Below are positions 20,501-30,028 of a stretch of 64,000 nucleotides of DNA, one piece after another. Source of the stretch: Oligoflexales bacterium (lineage in GTDB: Bacteria > Bdellovibrionota_B > Oligoflexia > Oligoflexales > RGVZ01); contig CANJZQ010000005.1 in the NCBI GenBank assembly GCA_947479535.1, positions 32,401 through 96,400 of the forward strand. The letters are read 5' to 3'. The position numbers and the translations under genes are program-made. Numbering within the stretch: position 1 is the first letter of the stretch; each line of letters starts with the position of its first letter. Under the pieces are notes generated by a model. That model was not told the DNA's origin and did no database searches. It worked only from the letters and a program-made list of their open reading frames with translations.

Positions 20501-21478
20501 ATGAAGTTTGCAACCCTTCGAGATGGGACGCGCGATGGCCAACTTGTTGTCGTCAGCCGCGACAACAAACGTTGTCTGGTCGTGCCTTCAATTGGCAAAA
20601 CCATGCAGGCCGCCCTTGATGATTGGGACGCAGTGGCCCCGGCCCTTGAGGTTATCTACCGCGACCTCAATAACGACCCGGCAAAGGGTGAGCCCTTTGA
20701 TCCCAAAAAGGCACTGTCGCCATTACCTCGCGCTTACGAATGGGTTGATGGGTCAGCCTACATCAATCACATTGCCTTGGTGCGCAAGGCGCGAGGGGCA
20801 GAGCTACCAAAGACTTTGCGAACGGACCCTCTTGTTTATCAGGGCGGGTCGGGAACATTTCTTGCGCCAAATCAGGACATTCCCTTGGCGGATGAATCCT
20901 GGGGTCTGGATTTTGAATCGGAAGTTTGTGTCGTTCTGGGCGATATCCCGCAAGGCACCAAGGCCAGCGATGCGTCCAAGTACATCCGCCTTGTCATGAT
21001 TTGCAATGACGTATCGCTTCGCAATTTGATCCCAGGTGAACTTGAAAAGGGGTTTGGTTTTTTCACAAGCAAGCCGTCAACCGCCTTTTCACCGGTCACC
21101 GTCACACCGGATGAACTTGGTGAGGCATGGAGGGACGGCCGCGTTCATTTGCCCCTGCACACGTGGTACAACGAAAAACTATTTGGTGACCCCAACGCGG
21201 GTCCGGAAATGTTTTTCTCTTTTTCTGAATTGATCCAACACATCACTAAGACCCGCTCCTTCACGGCGGGCACGATCATTGGATCCGGCACCGTATCCAA
21301 TGAAGACCGCGCCCGCGGATCCTCCTGCCTTGCCGAGCGCCGGATGATCGAGCAGATCGACACTGGCAAGATCACAACCCCGTTCATGAAAGTGGGCGAC
21401 CACGTTGCCATTGAAATGTTTGACAAGAATGGTCATTCCATTTTTGGTCGAATTGATCAGAAGGTAAGTGCCCTATGA
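20501..21478 (+). CDS. Fumarylacetoacetate hydrolase family protein
   Basis: DGSAYINH, YQGGS, DFESE, NDVSLR and GSGTVSN motifs. Confidence 0.9.
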   Translation: MKFATLRDGTRDGQLVVVSRDNKRCLVVPSIGKTMQAALDDWDAVAPALEVIYRDLNNDPAKGEPFDPKKALSPLPRAYEWVDGSAYINHIALVRKARGAELPKTLRTDPLVYQGGSGTFLAPNQDIPLADESWGLDFESEVCVVLGDIPQGTKASDASKYIRLVMICNDVSLRNLIPGELEKGFGFFTSKPSTAFSPVTVTPDELGEAWRDGRVHLPLHTWYNEKLFGDPNAGPEMFFSFSELIQHITKTRSFTAGTIIGSGTVSNEDRARGSSCLAERRMIEQIDTGKITTPFMKVGDHVAIEMFDKNGHSIFGRIDQKVSAL

Positions 21479-22158
21479 AAAGCAGGAAAAGTCGGATTTA
21501 CACGCCTGCGTTCGCAATCTTTTTTGTCTGGGTCGCGCCTTCATTTTTTAGCCAAGCCGCTTTCGCAGCGAAGATCATCGCCGTGGAAAAGGCCCGGGTG
21601 GAAGAGCCTGCCGCGGATTCGGGTTATACCCTGATGGACCGGGTGGAAGAGGCTGTCGAACCCCTGCGCGCCCTTGAGTACACGGCAGCAATGGGTTTTG
21701 GCAGCAGTGGATTTCAGGGGGCGTTGACCATCGGGTATCTTCTTGGTCCTTACGTCGTCCTCGACACGACTGGATTTTATTCCCGCGAATCTGATGAGAC
21801 GCGCGGATTTAACCTGCGTTCCGGGATCAACACGGATTTAACCCTGCGCCTTGGCCGCCGCACAGGAATCATGGTCCCCTTTGGTGGGACTGGTGTTGGT
21901 TTTGAGCGTTGGGACCAGAACCTGACAGAGGGTTTGACGGACGGTGTCAACGCGCCAATTTCAAAACGAGATGACAACGCCACCGTCAGCCAGTTTGTTG
22001 GCCTGGCCTTTCGCCTCACACCCAATACCCAACTCAAGTTGACTTCGCGCTGGGTGACCTGGCTCGACAATCCTCCGCTTGATTTGGCCTCTCGCTTTGA
22101 GTCGAAACTATCCCGTCGTGAGCGACGCATGGACCTCGGTGTCGGCGTCATTTTCTAA
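21475..22158 (+). CDS. Putative outer-membrane beta-barrel protein
   Basis: Signal peptide, alternating amphipathic strands and C-terminal Phe (LGVGVIF). Confidence 0.6.
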   Translation: MKSRKSRIYTPAFAIFFVWVAPSFFSQAAFAAKIIAVEKARVEEPAADSGYTLMDRVEEAVEPLRALEYTAAMGFGSSGFQGALTIGYLLGPYVVLDTTGFYSRESDETRGFNLRSGINTDLTLRLGRRTGIMVPFGGTGVGFERWDQNLTEGLTDGVNAPISKRDDNATVSQFVGLAFRLTPNTQLKLTSRWVTWLDNPPLDLASRFESKLSRRERRMDLGVGVIF

Positions 22159-22184
22159 GCCGACTCGTAATCCTGCGTCGGCCC

Positions 22185-22562
22185 GTCACCTGACCCTGAG
22201 TGAAACGAAGGGTAAGGATCCTTTTTCACCCCGTCATTCTGAAGCGAAGCGAAGAATCCTTTCTTACGCTGTCATTCTGAAGCGAAGCGAAGAATCCTTT
22301 CTTCAAATTTTTTTCCATCGCATCCAGGCGGTGCATGGAAAAAATCTTAGACTTATAGGCGCAAAAATTCGCCGATCACGCATTGGCCCACTTTGATTTC
22401 CCTAAATTGTGACAAATTGCCACCAATTGCCTATTTTTATACCGTCACAGTGACGGTGAAAATTTAGGCGGTGCGAGTGGCTTAAAATTTCAGAAAAGAA
22501 AGGATCCTTCACTACGTTCAGGATGACGCGGTTCAAGAAAGGATCCTTCGCTTCAGAATGAC
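22185..22562. repeat. Cluster of GTCAT-type REP-like repeats, direct and inverted
   Basis: Identical 33-bp GTCATTCTGAAGCGAAGCGAAGAATCCTTTCTT at 22233-22265 and 22271-22303; degenerate copy from 22185; inverted copies at 22496-22527 and 22535-22562. Confidence 0.85.
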
Positions 22563-22579
22563 GGTGCGGTAAGTTGGGG

Positions 22580-23347
22580 TTACCGGCGATGGACTTTGAA
22601 GACGCTGGCTTGATCGACAGGCATCAGGACCATTTGGTCGATGTTGACATGGGCGGGGCGCGAGGCGGCAAACCAGATGCAGTCGGCGATGTCTTTCGCG
22701 GTGAGCGGCGTCATACCCTTGTAAACAGCAGCAGCCTTTTCTTTGTCACCACCAAAACGCACTTCACTGAAACTGGTTTCTACCATTCCGGGATCAATAG
22801 AAGTGATCCTGATGGGTGTGCCGTTTAGTTCAAGGCGCAGGGTTTTAGTGACGGCACTCAAGGCATGCTTGGACGCGGCATAGATGCTGCCGCCTTCGTA
22901 AACCCAAAATCCCGCGACCGATCCCATGTTGATGATATGGCCGCGATTGCGTTCCAGCATCCCAGGCAAAAAGGCCCGCAAAATTGAAATTGCGCCTTTG
23001 ACGTTAGTATCAATCACCTGGTCGATTTCTTCGTCTAGTGCGTGGGACAGGCGAGCTGTGCCAAGGGCAAGGCCCGCATTGTTGATCAACACGTCAATGC
23101 CAGACGGGAATTCTGTCGCCGTCGCTGCGGCAAATTCTTTTACGGATTTGCGCGACGTGACATCAAGCTGGTGGTGAAAAACCTTGGCGGCACCAAGCCG
23201 TAAAAGTTCGGCAGCCATTGTTTTTAAATCAGTCGTCCGGCGCGCGCCGATGACGAGAGACCACCCGTGGCGGGCGAATTCCTCTGCCGTGGCGGCGCCA
23301 ATCCCCGAACTGGCGCCGGTGATGCAGGCGACGCCAGGTTGGGTCAT
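22580..23347 (-). CDS. NADP-dependent short-chain dehydrogenase (YdfG-like)
   Basis: TGASSGIG, NNAG, YAASK and DPGMVET motifs. Confidence 0.9.
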   Translation of the reverse strand: MTQPGVACITGASSGIGAATAEEFARHGWSLVIGARRTTDLKTMAAELLRLGAAKVFHHQLDVTSRKSVKEFAAATATEFPSGIDVLINNAGLALGTARLSHALDEEIDQVIDTNVKGAISILRAFLPGMLERNRGHIINMGSVAGFWVYEGGSIYAASKHALSAVTKTLRLELNGTPIRITSIDPGMVETSFSEVRFGGDKEKAAAVYKGMTPLTAKDIADCIWFAASRPAHVNIDQMVLMPVDQASVFKVHRR

Positions 23348-24303
23348 TTGCCTTTGTCCCTTGTCGCACGAACGGCACGGTCATGCCCTTCGCCGACAGA
23401 TTGGGTTTTGAAGCCACGTTCGTTGATCTCGTGGTGCTGCTTGCGTCGCTGGTAACTATTGGTTGGGGGCAAGTCGACGAACTCAGTTGAGGGATCGCTC
23501 TCCAGTTTGGCGATCGCCTTTTCAACTTCAGCTAGCGCCTCTTTTTCTTGCTGCAGGGAACGCTCGTCATCATGGTGACGCGGGCGGTCATCGCGTTGTG
23601 GGCGGTCATCACGACGAGGACGATCGTCGCGTTGTGGGCGGTCATCACGACGAGGGCGATCATCGCGGTGCGGACGATCTGAATGCTCGGCGCGAGGAGC
23701 AGGCCTGTCGGAATGTTCCGGACGTCCACCCGGACCACCGGTGCGAAGGCGTGGCGGTGGTGAGTAGCGACCAACCGGAGGCCGGCTGCCAACTTCAAAA
23801 ACCTGTGGCTCCCAGGTGTTGTACGCCCATGCAAAAAATTTCTTGAACAGTCCTGAGGCGGAAGGAGATTTCTCATCGAGGACATTTGTCACGGCGACCC
23901 AAACGGGGGCGAGGCCCTCTTCTTCGTCAAACACAGGAAGGCCTTCACCGGTCACGGCATGGTACAGGTGGCGCAGATCCGCATGAAACGCGACAAATTC
24001 ATCGGCAACAGCGCAGAGCCTTTCAATGTCGACCGGCGCGCGGTCCAACAGGTTTTGTTCGCGGGCGCAGTGCCAATCGTAGAGGCTTCCAACGGCGCGT
24101 TCCCACGCGGCTTCGTTGGTCGCCGACAGGCCTTCTTTGAGCGACGGGTCCGTATTCCTGGAGTCGACCTTGTCGGGACCGCCCAAGCGTTTTTCTGTTC
24201 CAGCCAACATTTTTTCGGCTTCAAAACAGGTATACAAAAAGTAGTCGAGAGGGACCTCTTTGCCGGTCATTTCAAGGAATCGCTGCTTGAAGGTGGATGT
24301 CAT
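23344..24303 (-). CDS. R3H-domain nucleic-acid-binding protein with low-complexity DDRPxR linker
   Basis: C-terminal LPPTNSYQRRKQH...SVGEGHDRAV has the R-x3-H signature. Confidence 0.75.
   Translation of the reverse strand: MTSTFKQRFLEMTGKEVPLDYFLYTCFEAEKMLAGTEKRLGGPDKVDSRNTDPSLKEGLSATNEAAWERAVGSLYDWHCAREQNLLDRAPVDIERLCAVADEFVAFHADLRHLYHAVTGEGLPVFDEEEGLAPVWVAVTNVLDEKSPSASGLFKKFFAWAYNTWEPQVFEVGSRPPVGRYSPPPRLRTGGPGGRPEHSDRPAPRAEHSDRPHRDDRPRRDDRPQRDDRPRRDDRPQRDDRPRHHDDERSLQQEKEALAEVEKAIAKLESDPSTEFVDLPPTNSYQRRKQHHEINERGFKTQSVGEGHDRAVRATRDKGK
23568..23680 (-). repeat. Coding 18-bp tandem repeat (DDRPRR/DDRPQR)
   Basis: About six imperfect 18-bp units with 36-bp higher-order periodicity. Confidence 0.8.
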
Positions 24304-24432
24304 CGTTGGTGCTTCTCAAGTCAAGTGTTCGAAATTATTCAACTACTGCGCCGTAGCACAGCCATACAAATTGGGATCTTGGGGACTATAGGCGCAGACC
24401 CTCTGTGACGCAAGGGTTTGACTTCATTCATT

Positions 24433-25956
24433 TTACAGAAGCGGAGCCAAGAGGCGCGAGAGGTTTTCCCTTTGAAGCCTCAGAAACCGCGCAATTTTCC
24501 CGCCGTTGCCCGGGTCCTCGGCGGACGAGCTCTGGGCCATGTCCAGGGTCAGCATGGCCTCGACCTTCCGGCAGAAATTTGCGCCGTGGATGGCCAAGGT
24601 TGTTTCAAAATTCAGGTACAGGGCCCGGTTGTCAAAGTTGGTCGTACCAAGCAGGCAAAGGTCATCATCCACCAGCACGACCTTTTGGTGCATGAAGCCA
24701 GGTTCGTAAAAAAGCACGCGAACGCCTGTTTTTCTCATTTTTGCGGCGTAGGTTGCCCCCACCCAATGGACCAACGGGTTATCGGATTTGCGAGGGATCA
24801 GCAGGCGCACATCAACCCCCCGCAGGGTACAGAGCTCAAGCTCGCGGCTCAAAGGCGTATCAGGAACAAAATATGGGGTTGCAATCCACAGCCGGCGCTG
24901 CGCCTTTTGGATGGTCAGCATATAAAGCAGCACGCCCACAAGGGCTTCATCAGTCGGGGCGGATGGGATGACTTGAACAACCTCTCGCTGGTCGAGATTT
25001 TTTCCGGGACTCGTTTTCCGGGTCTGGACCGGGAGCAGGCCAGACCTCAAGGCAACTTCCAGAGAATCCCCAGTTGCAAAGTGCCAGTCGTCAAAAAAAA
25101 CATCTTCGAGTTTGGCTACGGCCGGCCCTGAGATCCGGACATGTGTGTCGCGCCAGCGGCTGACGTCCTTGGTGCCGAGGATTGGCAGGCCTGAGACATA
25201 TTCTTCACCAAAATTGAGCCCTCCGGTCAGGGCCTCCTCGCCGTCGACCACCACCAGCTTGCGGTGATTGCGGAAGTTGAGCTGCAGACCCCTTTTCCAG
25301 CTATGGATGGGAAGAAAGCTGGCAACGAAAACCCCATTGGCCTTGAGATCCCGGATGTAGGTGCTGGATAGATTGAACGATCCAATATCGTCATAAAGGA
25401 CATAGACCGCGACTCCGCTCTTGGCCTTGGCAATCAAAAGCTTCTGGAGCTCCAGTCCGAGGCGGTCAGAGCGCAGGATGTAATACTGGACCAGGATGTA
25501 ATTTTTGGCCGACATGAGCGCTTCAAATATTTCGCGAAAGGTATCTTCTCCATCGACGAGGAGCTTTACCTCGTTCAGGTTCGGGTCATAGAGGTCACCA
25601 AAGCGCCCAAAGGTTCTTGCAAAATCCTTCAGGGCGGCTGGTGCCTTGAGATTCAGTTGGGCAAGTTTCTCGCCAATATCACTGAGGTTTTGTTGGATAG
25701 AAGGGCGTCGCACCAGGTCATCCTGGAGGTGTTCATGGGGCGACAGGGCGTGCTGGTCGTAAAATGCCCTGCGCCTCATCAGGCCCTTGATGCGATTTTT
25801 GCCGAACGCGTAATAGAGCGGGATTCCAATGAAGGGTATCGCCAAAAGGGCCAAGACCCAGGCGATGGTGGATCTGGCGTTGCGCCGTTCCTGAATGAGG
25901 TCAAAAGCCAGCCAGATGGCCAGCCCATACAAAATCAAATAGGGCCAAAGTCCCAC
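24433..25956 (-). CDS. cls: Cardiolipin synthase
   Basis: N-terminal two TM segments, NFRNHRKLVVVDG, WRDTH, TPYFVP and MHQKVVLVD motifs. Confidence 0.92.
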   Translation of the reverse strand: MGLWPYLILYGLAIWLAFDLIQERRNARSTIAWVLALLAIPFIGIPLYYAFGKNRIKGLMRRRAFYDQHALSPHEHLQDDLVRRPSIQQNLSDIGEKLAQLNLKAPAALKDFARTFGRFGDLYDPNLNEVKLLVDGEDTFREIFEALMSAKNYILVQYYILRSDRLGLELQKLLIAKAKSGVAVYVLYDDIGSFNLSSTYIRDLKANGVFVASFLPIHSWKRGLQLNFRNHRKLVVVDGEEALTGGLNFGEEYVSGLPILGTKDVSRWRDTHVRISGPAVAKLEDVFFDDWHFATGDSLEVALRSGLLPVQTRKTSPGKNLDQREVVQVIPSAPTDEALVGVLLYMLTIQKAQRRLWIATPYFVPDTPLSRELELCTLRGVDVRLLIPRKSDNPLVHWVGATYAAKMRKTGVRVLFYEPGFMHQKVVLVDDDLCLLGTTNFDNRALYLNFETTLAIHGANFCRKVEAMLTLDMAQSSSAEDPGNGGKIARFLRLQRENLSRLLAPLL

Positions 25957-25964
25957 AGCCCCGA

Positions 25965-26288
25965 TCAGACACGCACCCGGCGGACCAGGCTGAGCACACG
26001 GTTGCTGGCAAGGGACAGTTCTTCAAACTCGGTCCAGTCGGTGGCGCCGGACCGTTGATGGGTGTAGGCAGCGAGTTCGTGGTCGCCTTCAAAGGCTTCT
26101 ACCACAAGGGCCACAGCCTCTTTGTGTTTGGCGGATCCGGGGGCGTTGCTGGCCAGAAGTTCGCAGGCCTTCTCAAGGTCCGAAACGGCGTCGTCTTCTT
26201 TCTGATCGCGGAGGAGCGGAATCAGCTTTTCGATCGCAACTACCAGATCAGCCGACGATTTTTTGGGATCACGTTTGATGATTGTCAT
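25965..26288 (-). CDS. Hypothetical helical protein
   Basis: 107-aa ORF from MTIIKR with GAGG upstream, lying directly upstream of cls. Confidence 0.65.
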   Translation of the reverse strand: MTIIKRDPKKSSADLVVAIEKLIPLLRDQKEDDAVSDLEKACELLASNAPGSAKHKEAVALVVEAFEGDHELAAYTHQRSGATDWTEFEELSLASNRVLSLVRRVRV

Positions 26289-26349
26289 AGGCGAGAACGG
26301 CCTCCTCGCGGGGAGTCTAGGTGACCAGTCTGGAAAATGCAAACGACCG

Positions 26350-26378
26350 TTGACAGACTCAGGCCACCCTTGTAATTA
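26350..26378 (+). promoter_or_regulatory. Putative sigma70 promoter for the tRNA pair
   Basis: Perfect TTGACA at 26350-26355 with an AT-rich TGTAATTA element 15-17 bp downstream. Confidence 0.5.
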
Positions 26379-26408
26379 CTGGCCTCTCGAAGCGAAAGCT
26401 TCGGTAGT

Positions 26409-26484
26409 GGGCTCGTAGCTCAGCTGGTAGAGCAGTACACTTTTAATGTACGGGTCGATGGTTCGAATCCATCCGGGCTCACCA
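26409..26484 (+). tRNA. tRNA-Lys(TTT)
   Basis: Cloverleaf with anticodon arm GTACA-CTTTTAA-TGTAC, T-loop TTCGAAT and encoded CCA. Confidence 0.97.
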
Positions 26485-26490
26485 CCCTTA

Positions 26491-26568
26491 GTCCCCATCG
26501 TCTAGCCCGGTCCAGGACACCACCCTTTCACGGTGGATACGGGGGTTCAAATCCCCCTGGGGACGCCA
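26491..26568 (+). tRNA. tRNA-Glu(TTC)
   Basis: Anticodon arm CCACC-CTTTCAC-GGTGG, TTCAAAT T-loop and encoded CCA. Confidence 0.97.
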
Positions 26569-26576
26569 CTACCACT

Positions 26577-26615
26577 AAAAAAGAGCCTCCGGCAACGGGG
26601 GCTCTTTTGTTTTTT
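26577..26615 (+). terminator. Rho-independent terminator after the tRNAs
   Basis: AAAAGAGCCTCCG-GCAA-CGGGGGCTCTTTT hairpin followed by a T-tract. Confidence 0.85.
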
Positions 26616-26731
26616 GAGTTTCCGGGTGCTTTACATCGTAAATCGAGCCCGCAATGCATGACATGGTATATCCCTTCACGCCACGAGTGGATTAAGGTAG
26701 CGGTTAACAGGCCTGAAACGGGAGCCGTGTC

Positions 26732-28558
26732 ATGCTAAATCAACTACACATCAACGGCCTTGCGATCATTGAATCGCTGAAAATAGATTTTTCTCGCGGT
26801 TTCAATGTCATCACAGGTGAAACTGGCGCAGGGAAATCAATCCTCATCAAAGCCCTGAATCTTTTGCTTGGGGCCAAGGCCTCAGCAGATGCAGTTCGCC
26901 ATGGACGAGAGGCCGCCTCTGTCAGCGGACAGTTTCTCTTGCCAGCCAATCACAAGGTCACGTCCTGCCTGGAGTCTTACGGCATTCCTTTTGAGGCAGC
27001 CGGCACTCAGGAATCCGGGAATGAATTGCAAACAGTGATCGTCCGCCGGGTGATTTCTGCAAAGGGGCGCTCGCAAGCATGGATCAACGACACGCCGGTT
27101 ACTTCGGGAACGCTTCGTGAATTTGCCGATGCATTGATCGATGTTTTTGCTCAGCATGAAAATCACAAGCTGCTTGATTCTGACGGGCACCTCGCCGTTT
27201 TGGACCAGTTTCTTGATGACCGGACTTTGATTGCAAAAGTTGAATCAGCCTGGCGCGTGGTGGCGGAAAACACATCCGCATTAAAGCAACTTGTTTCCGA
27301 TCTTGCGCTGAAACAGCGTGATGCTGACTATCTGACGTTCCGCTGCGATGAGCTGCGCAAATTTGATCCCTCGTTGGAAGAATTCGAAAAGACCAGAAAC
27401 TTCTGCGATCAGGCGCGCCATAACACTTACCTTGTTTCATCACTGCGCAAGGCCGCTTCGATGATTGACGATGGGGCCGGCGATGCCTCCATCGAACGCG
27501 CCCTGCGTGACACGGGTCGCATTTTACAGCAGGCTGCATCCAAGGTTCCAAGTTTGCAAACACTTGCCGACCAGGCGTTTTTCGTGGCCGAAAAAGCGGC
27601 GGAGCTGAGCTATGCGGTCGGTCAGGAATTATCCAATGCCGACACAAATGAAGATGACGTGGATGCCGCGCAGGCGCGCCTTGCAGGATACCAAGGGCTC
27701 TGTCGCAAGATGGGTGTTCTGGACGCCGAGTCTTTGGTGGCTTCGTGGAGCCGGATGGAGGACGAAGTCCGTTTTTTAGAATCCGCAGCAAAAGATGCGG
27801 CGGACTTGTTTCTAAAAATTGAACGATCCATCGCCTCCTACAAAGATCTATCAGGACTTTTGACGGAAGCTCGTAAAGTGGCTGCAAAAAAGGCGGGGAA
27901 AGCGGTTGGTAAAGAACTTTCCGAACTCGCTATGAAAGATTCAAGGCTGGAAGTCGAGTTTATTGCCGTGCACGGAATGAATGGCGACGACCTGGATCTC
28001 ACCTGCCTTGGCGAAGTGATGTCAAAGCGTTGGCGCGATAAAATCATGCCACTGTTTTCCGGTGTTTCTGCGATGGGAGCGGAGCGTGTGCAGCTGCTCC
28101 TTTCTGCCAACCCGGGCGAACCAGCGCTGCCGCTGCATAAAGTTGCCTCAGGCGGTGAAGTTTCACGCATCATGCTGGCGTTGAAAAAAGCCCTCGCGAT
28201 GGGTGCCGACACCTGTATTTTGGTTTTCGATGAGATTGACACGGGAATATCAGGTCGCGTGGCCGATATTGTTGGCCGCAAGCTGGCCGAACTCGCCAAG
28301 GGCTTTCAGGTGATTTGCATCTCACACCTGCCGCAAGTTGCCGCTTATGCGGATTCACATTTTCTCGTTCATAAATTCGGTGCGAGCAACAGGACCGAAT
28401 CAACCATCACGCGGTTGGATCCTGAAGCCAGTCGAACGGAAATCGCGCGGCTGCTCTCGGGAGATGAGGTTACGGAATCAAGCCTTGCTCATGCGTCGAC
28501 GCTTTTGCGAAAGGCTCGCCAGGATCGACAAGAAGACCGGCAAGAAAAACGGCAATAA
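26732..28558 (+). CDS. recN: DNA repair protein RecN
   Basis: ITGETGAGKS, ASGGEVSRIML, FDEIDTG and ISHLPQVAA motifs. Confidence 0.95.
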   Translation: MLNQLHINGLAIIESLKIDFSRGFNVITGETGAGKSILIKALNLLLGAKASADAVRHGREAASVSGQFLLPANHKVTSCLESYGIPFEAAGTQESGNELQTVIVRRVISAKGRSQAWINDTPVTSGTLREFADALIDVFAQHENHKLLDSDGHLAVLDQFLDDRTLIAKVESAWRVVAENTSALKQLVSDLALKQRDADYLTFRCDELRKFDPSLEEFEKTRNFCDQARHNTYLVSSLRKAASMIDDGAGDASIERALRDTGRILQQAASKVPSLQTLADQAFFVAEKAAELSYAVGQELSNADTNEDDVDAAQARLAGYQGLCRKMGVLDAESLVASWSRMEDEVRFLESAAKDAADLFLKIERSIASYKDLSGLLTEARKVAAKKAGKAVGKELSELAMKDSRLEVEFIAVHGMNGDDLDLTCLGEVMSKRWRDKIMPLFSGVSAMGAERVQLLLSANPGEPALPLHKVASGGEVSRIMLALKKALAMGADTCILVFDEIDTGISGRVADIVGRKLAELAKGFQVICISHLPQVAAYADSHFLVHKFGASNRTESTITRLDPEASRTEIARLLSGDEVTESSLAHASTLLRKARQDRQEDRQEKRQ

Positions 28559-29278
28559 GGGCAGCAGCAAGAAGAAAGCATCAGGCTGTGCCGCACGACT
28601 TGAAGGCCTTCCGCGAATCATTGCGCATCCACCAAAAAGGTCATTCCCCCCCAGTTCATCCCGCGCGTAGAGGTAGGTAATTCCATCCACATCATCTTGC
28701 GAGACGGATGCGGTTTTGCGTTTGCTGGCATCGTAATACATCAGGGCACTGGTGTCGGTGGAGTGACCAAGCCCCAGGATGTGCCCGATTTCGTGTGCCA
28801 TGACGTCGACAACAAGATTTTCATTTAGGGTTTTGATGTTGGCACTGGCGCCAACCTGCGCGTTGAGCACGAGAACCCCATAATTCAAGTGCCCCCCTGC
28901 ACTAACCTGTTGACCGGTGGCCACGCCAGGGATCACCTCAGGATTGAGGCCAACGGCCGCCATGTCGGCGACACAATGAACGGTCGGTGTGGCATCGGAT
29001 GTTCCGGCCAGTGCGTCTCCGATTGTCGTCGACGAGTCAGAGCCCCGCGTTAGTTGGATCCCCAATGTGGGAATCTGGTTCCAAACATCAAGGGCTTTGT
29101 CCATCATGTCGTTGACGTCGTCGGGGCAGTTTTCCGGATTGATGTGGAATTCGAGGGTTTTGGAGTCCCAGCCTTTTAGGCCTCCGGATGCGCCGATCAG
29201 GGTGAATCCAAATGCAGGTGCCGCAGAAAACATGGCACTGCTGGCAGTGATGAAAAAAACAGAGATGACAGGCTTCAT
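28478..29278 (-). CDS. Matrixin-type (M10/metzincin) metalloprotease with C-terminal sorting signal
   Basis: HEIGHILGLGH plus ALMY Met-turn; signal peptide; C-terminal GGC, TM helix and KRRR. Confidence 0.85.
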   Translation of the reverse strand: MKPVISVFFITASSAMFSAAPAFGFTLIGASGGLKGWDSKTLEFHINPENCPDDVNDMMDKALDVWNQIPTLGIQLTRGSDSSTTIGDALAGTSDATPTVHCVADMAAVGLNPEVIPGVATGQQVSAGGHLNYGVLVLNAQVGASANIKTLNENLVVDVMAHEIGHILGLGHSTDTSALMYYDASKRKTASVSQDDVDGITYLYARDELGGNDLFGGCAMIRGRPSSRAAQPDAFFLLLPLLPFFLPVFLSILASLSQKRRRMSKA

Positions 29279-29303
29279 CGTGGAGGCTCCTCGGAAAAAC
29301 TTT

Positions 29304-29951
29304 TCAGGATTTGACCCATGCTGCCGTTAGCATCAGGCTGAACGATCTTTTAGTGCTGGAAAGGGGGGCGTGAATGAGCACATCTGCACCGGTGCGAAGG
29401 CTAGACCAATTCCATGCGGAGCCTACCTGCCAAGCAAACGTTGTGGCGGAAACGGTTTTTTCCGGCTGGTAAAAGGTAGCGGTGCCTTCCCCATTGTTTA
29501 GCGCTTCAGCCCCGTTTCCGGTGCCTTTGATCGAATATTGAAGAAGAACCGGACCGGTCCCGAAGTCAAACCGGCCGGAAAGATTTGTGGTCATGGGCAA
29601 ACCAGCAGCCATTAGTGAAGTTTGGCTTGATTTGCTGGTGGACTGTACGGACGACAGGCTGTCGGGCATGTAGTGGAGCCAAGGGCTGATCAGGCGCCGG
29701 CCAACAGGCAAATGGTACTGCAAATGAAAATGATAGAAGGATGTTCCTAGAGTGTTGCGCTTGCCCGAGGGACTCGAGGTAAGCCTGAGCATTTCATAGG
29801 ACGTCCCACCGGCTCCAAACTCAATGGATTTTGGTCTGGCCCCGAGGGCTGACCTTCCGCTTCCAAAAAAAGCGCAGGATAAACCCATCACAAGAGCAAT
29901 TTTTGAATGCTGCATTCCGAACCCCGCCTGATATTTTTTAGAGTTTACCAT
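29304..29951 (-). CDS. Putative outer-membrane beta-barrel protein
   Basis: Signal-like N-terminus and aromatic-rich amphipathic strands. Start may be 29915. Confidence 0.55.
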   Translation of the reverse strand: MVNSKKYQAGFGMQHSKIALVMGLSCAFFGSGRSALGARPKSIEFGAGGTSYEMLRLTSSPSGKRNTLGTSFYHFHLQYHLPVGRRLISPWLHYMPDSLSSVQSTSKSSQTSLMAAGLPMTTNLSGRFDFGTGPVLLQYSIKGTGNGAEALNNGEGTATFYQPEKTVSATTFAWQVGSAWNWSSLRTGADVLIHAPLSSTKRSFSLMLTAAWVKS

Positions 29952-29977
29952 GCACGGACCTGCGACTCACGCCCGAC

Positions 29978-30028
29978 CAAAAATGAAAGGAGCCCGCACT
30001 CGCCTATATTTACGAGTGCGGGCCCTTC
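29978..30028 (-). terminator. Rho-independent terminator of nrdJ
   Basis: 11-bp stem GCCCGCACTCG/CGAGTGCGGGC followed on the minus strand by TCCTTTCATTTTT. Confidence 0.75.

Noticed and set aside
22233-22303. Two identical 33-bp repeats as a possible CRISPR array
   Set aside because: The spacer is only 5 bp, inverted copies lie nearby, and there are no cas genes.
26409-26620. tRNAs as integration sites for an island
   Set aside because: No integrase, no duplicated tRNA 3' end seen, and the flanks are core genes. The same holds for tRNA-Leu at 58045.
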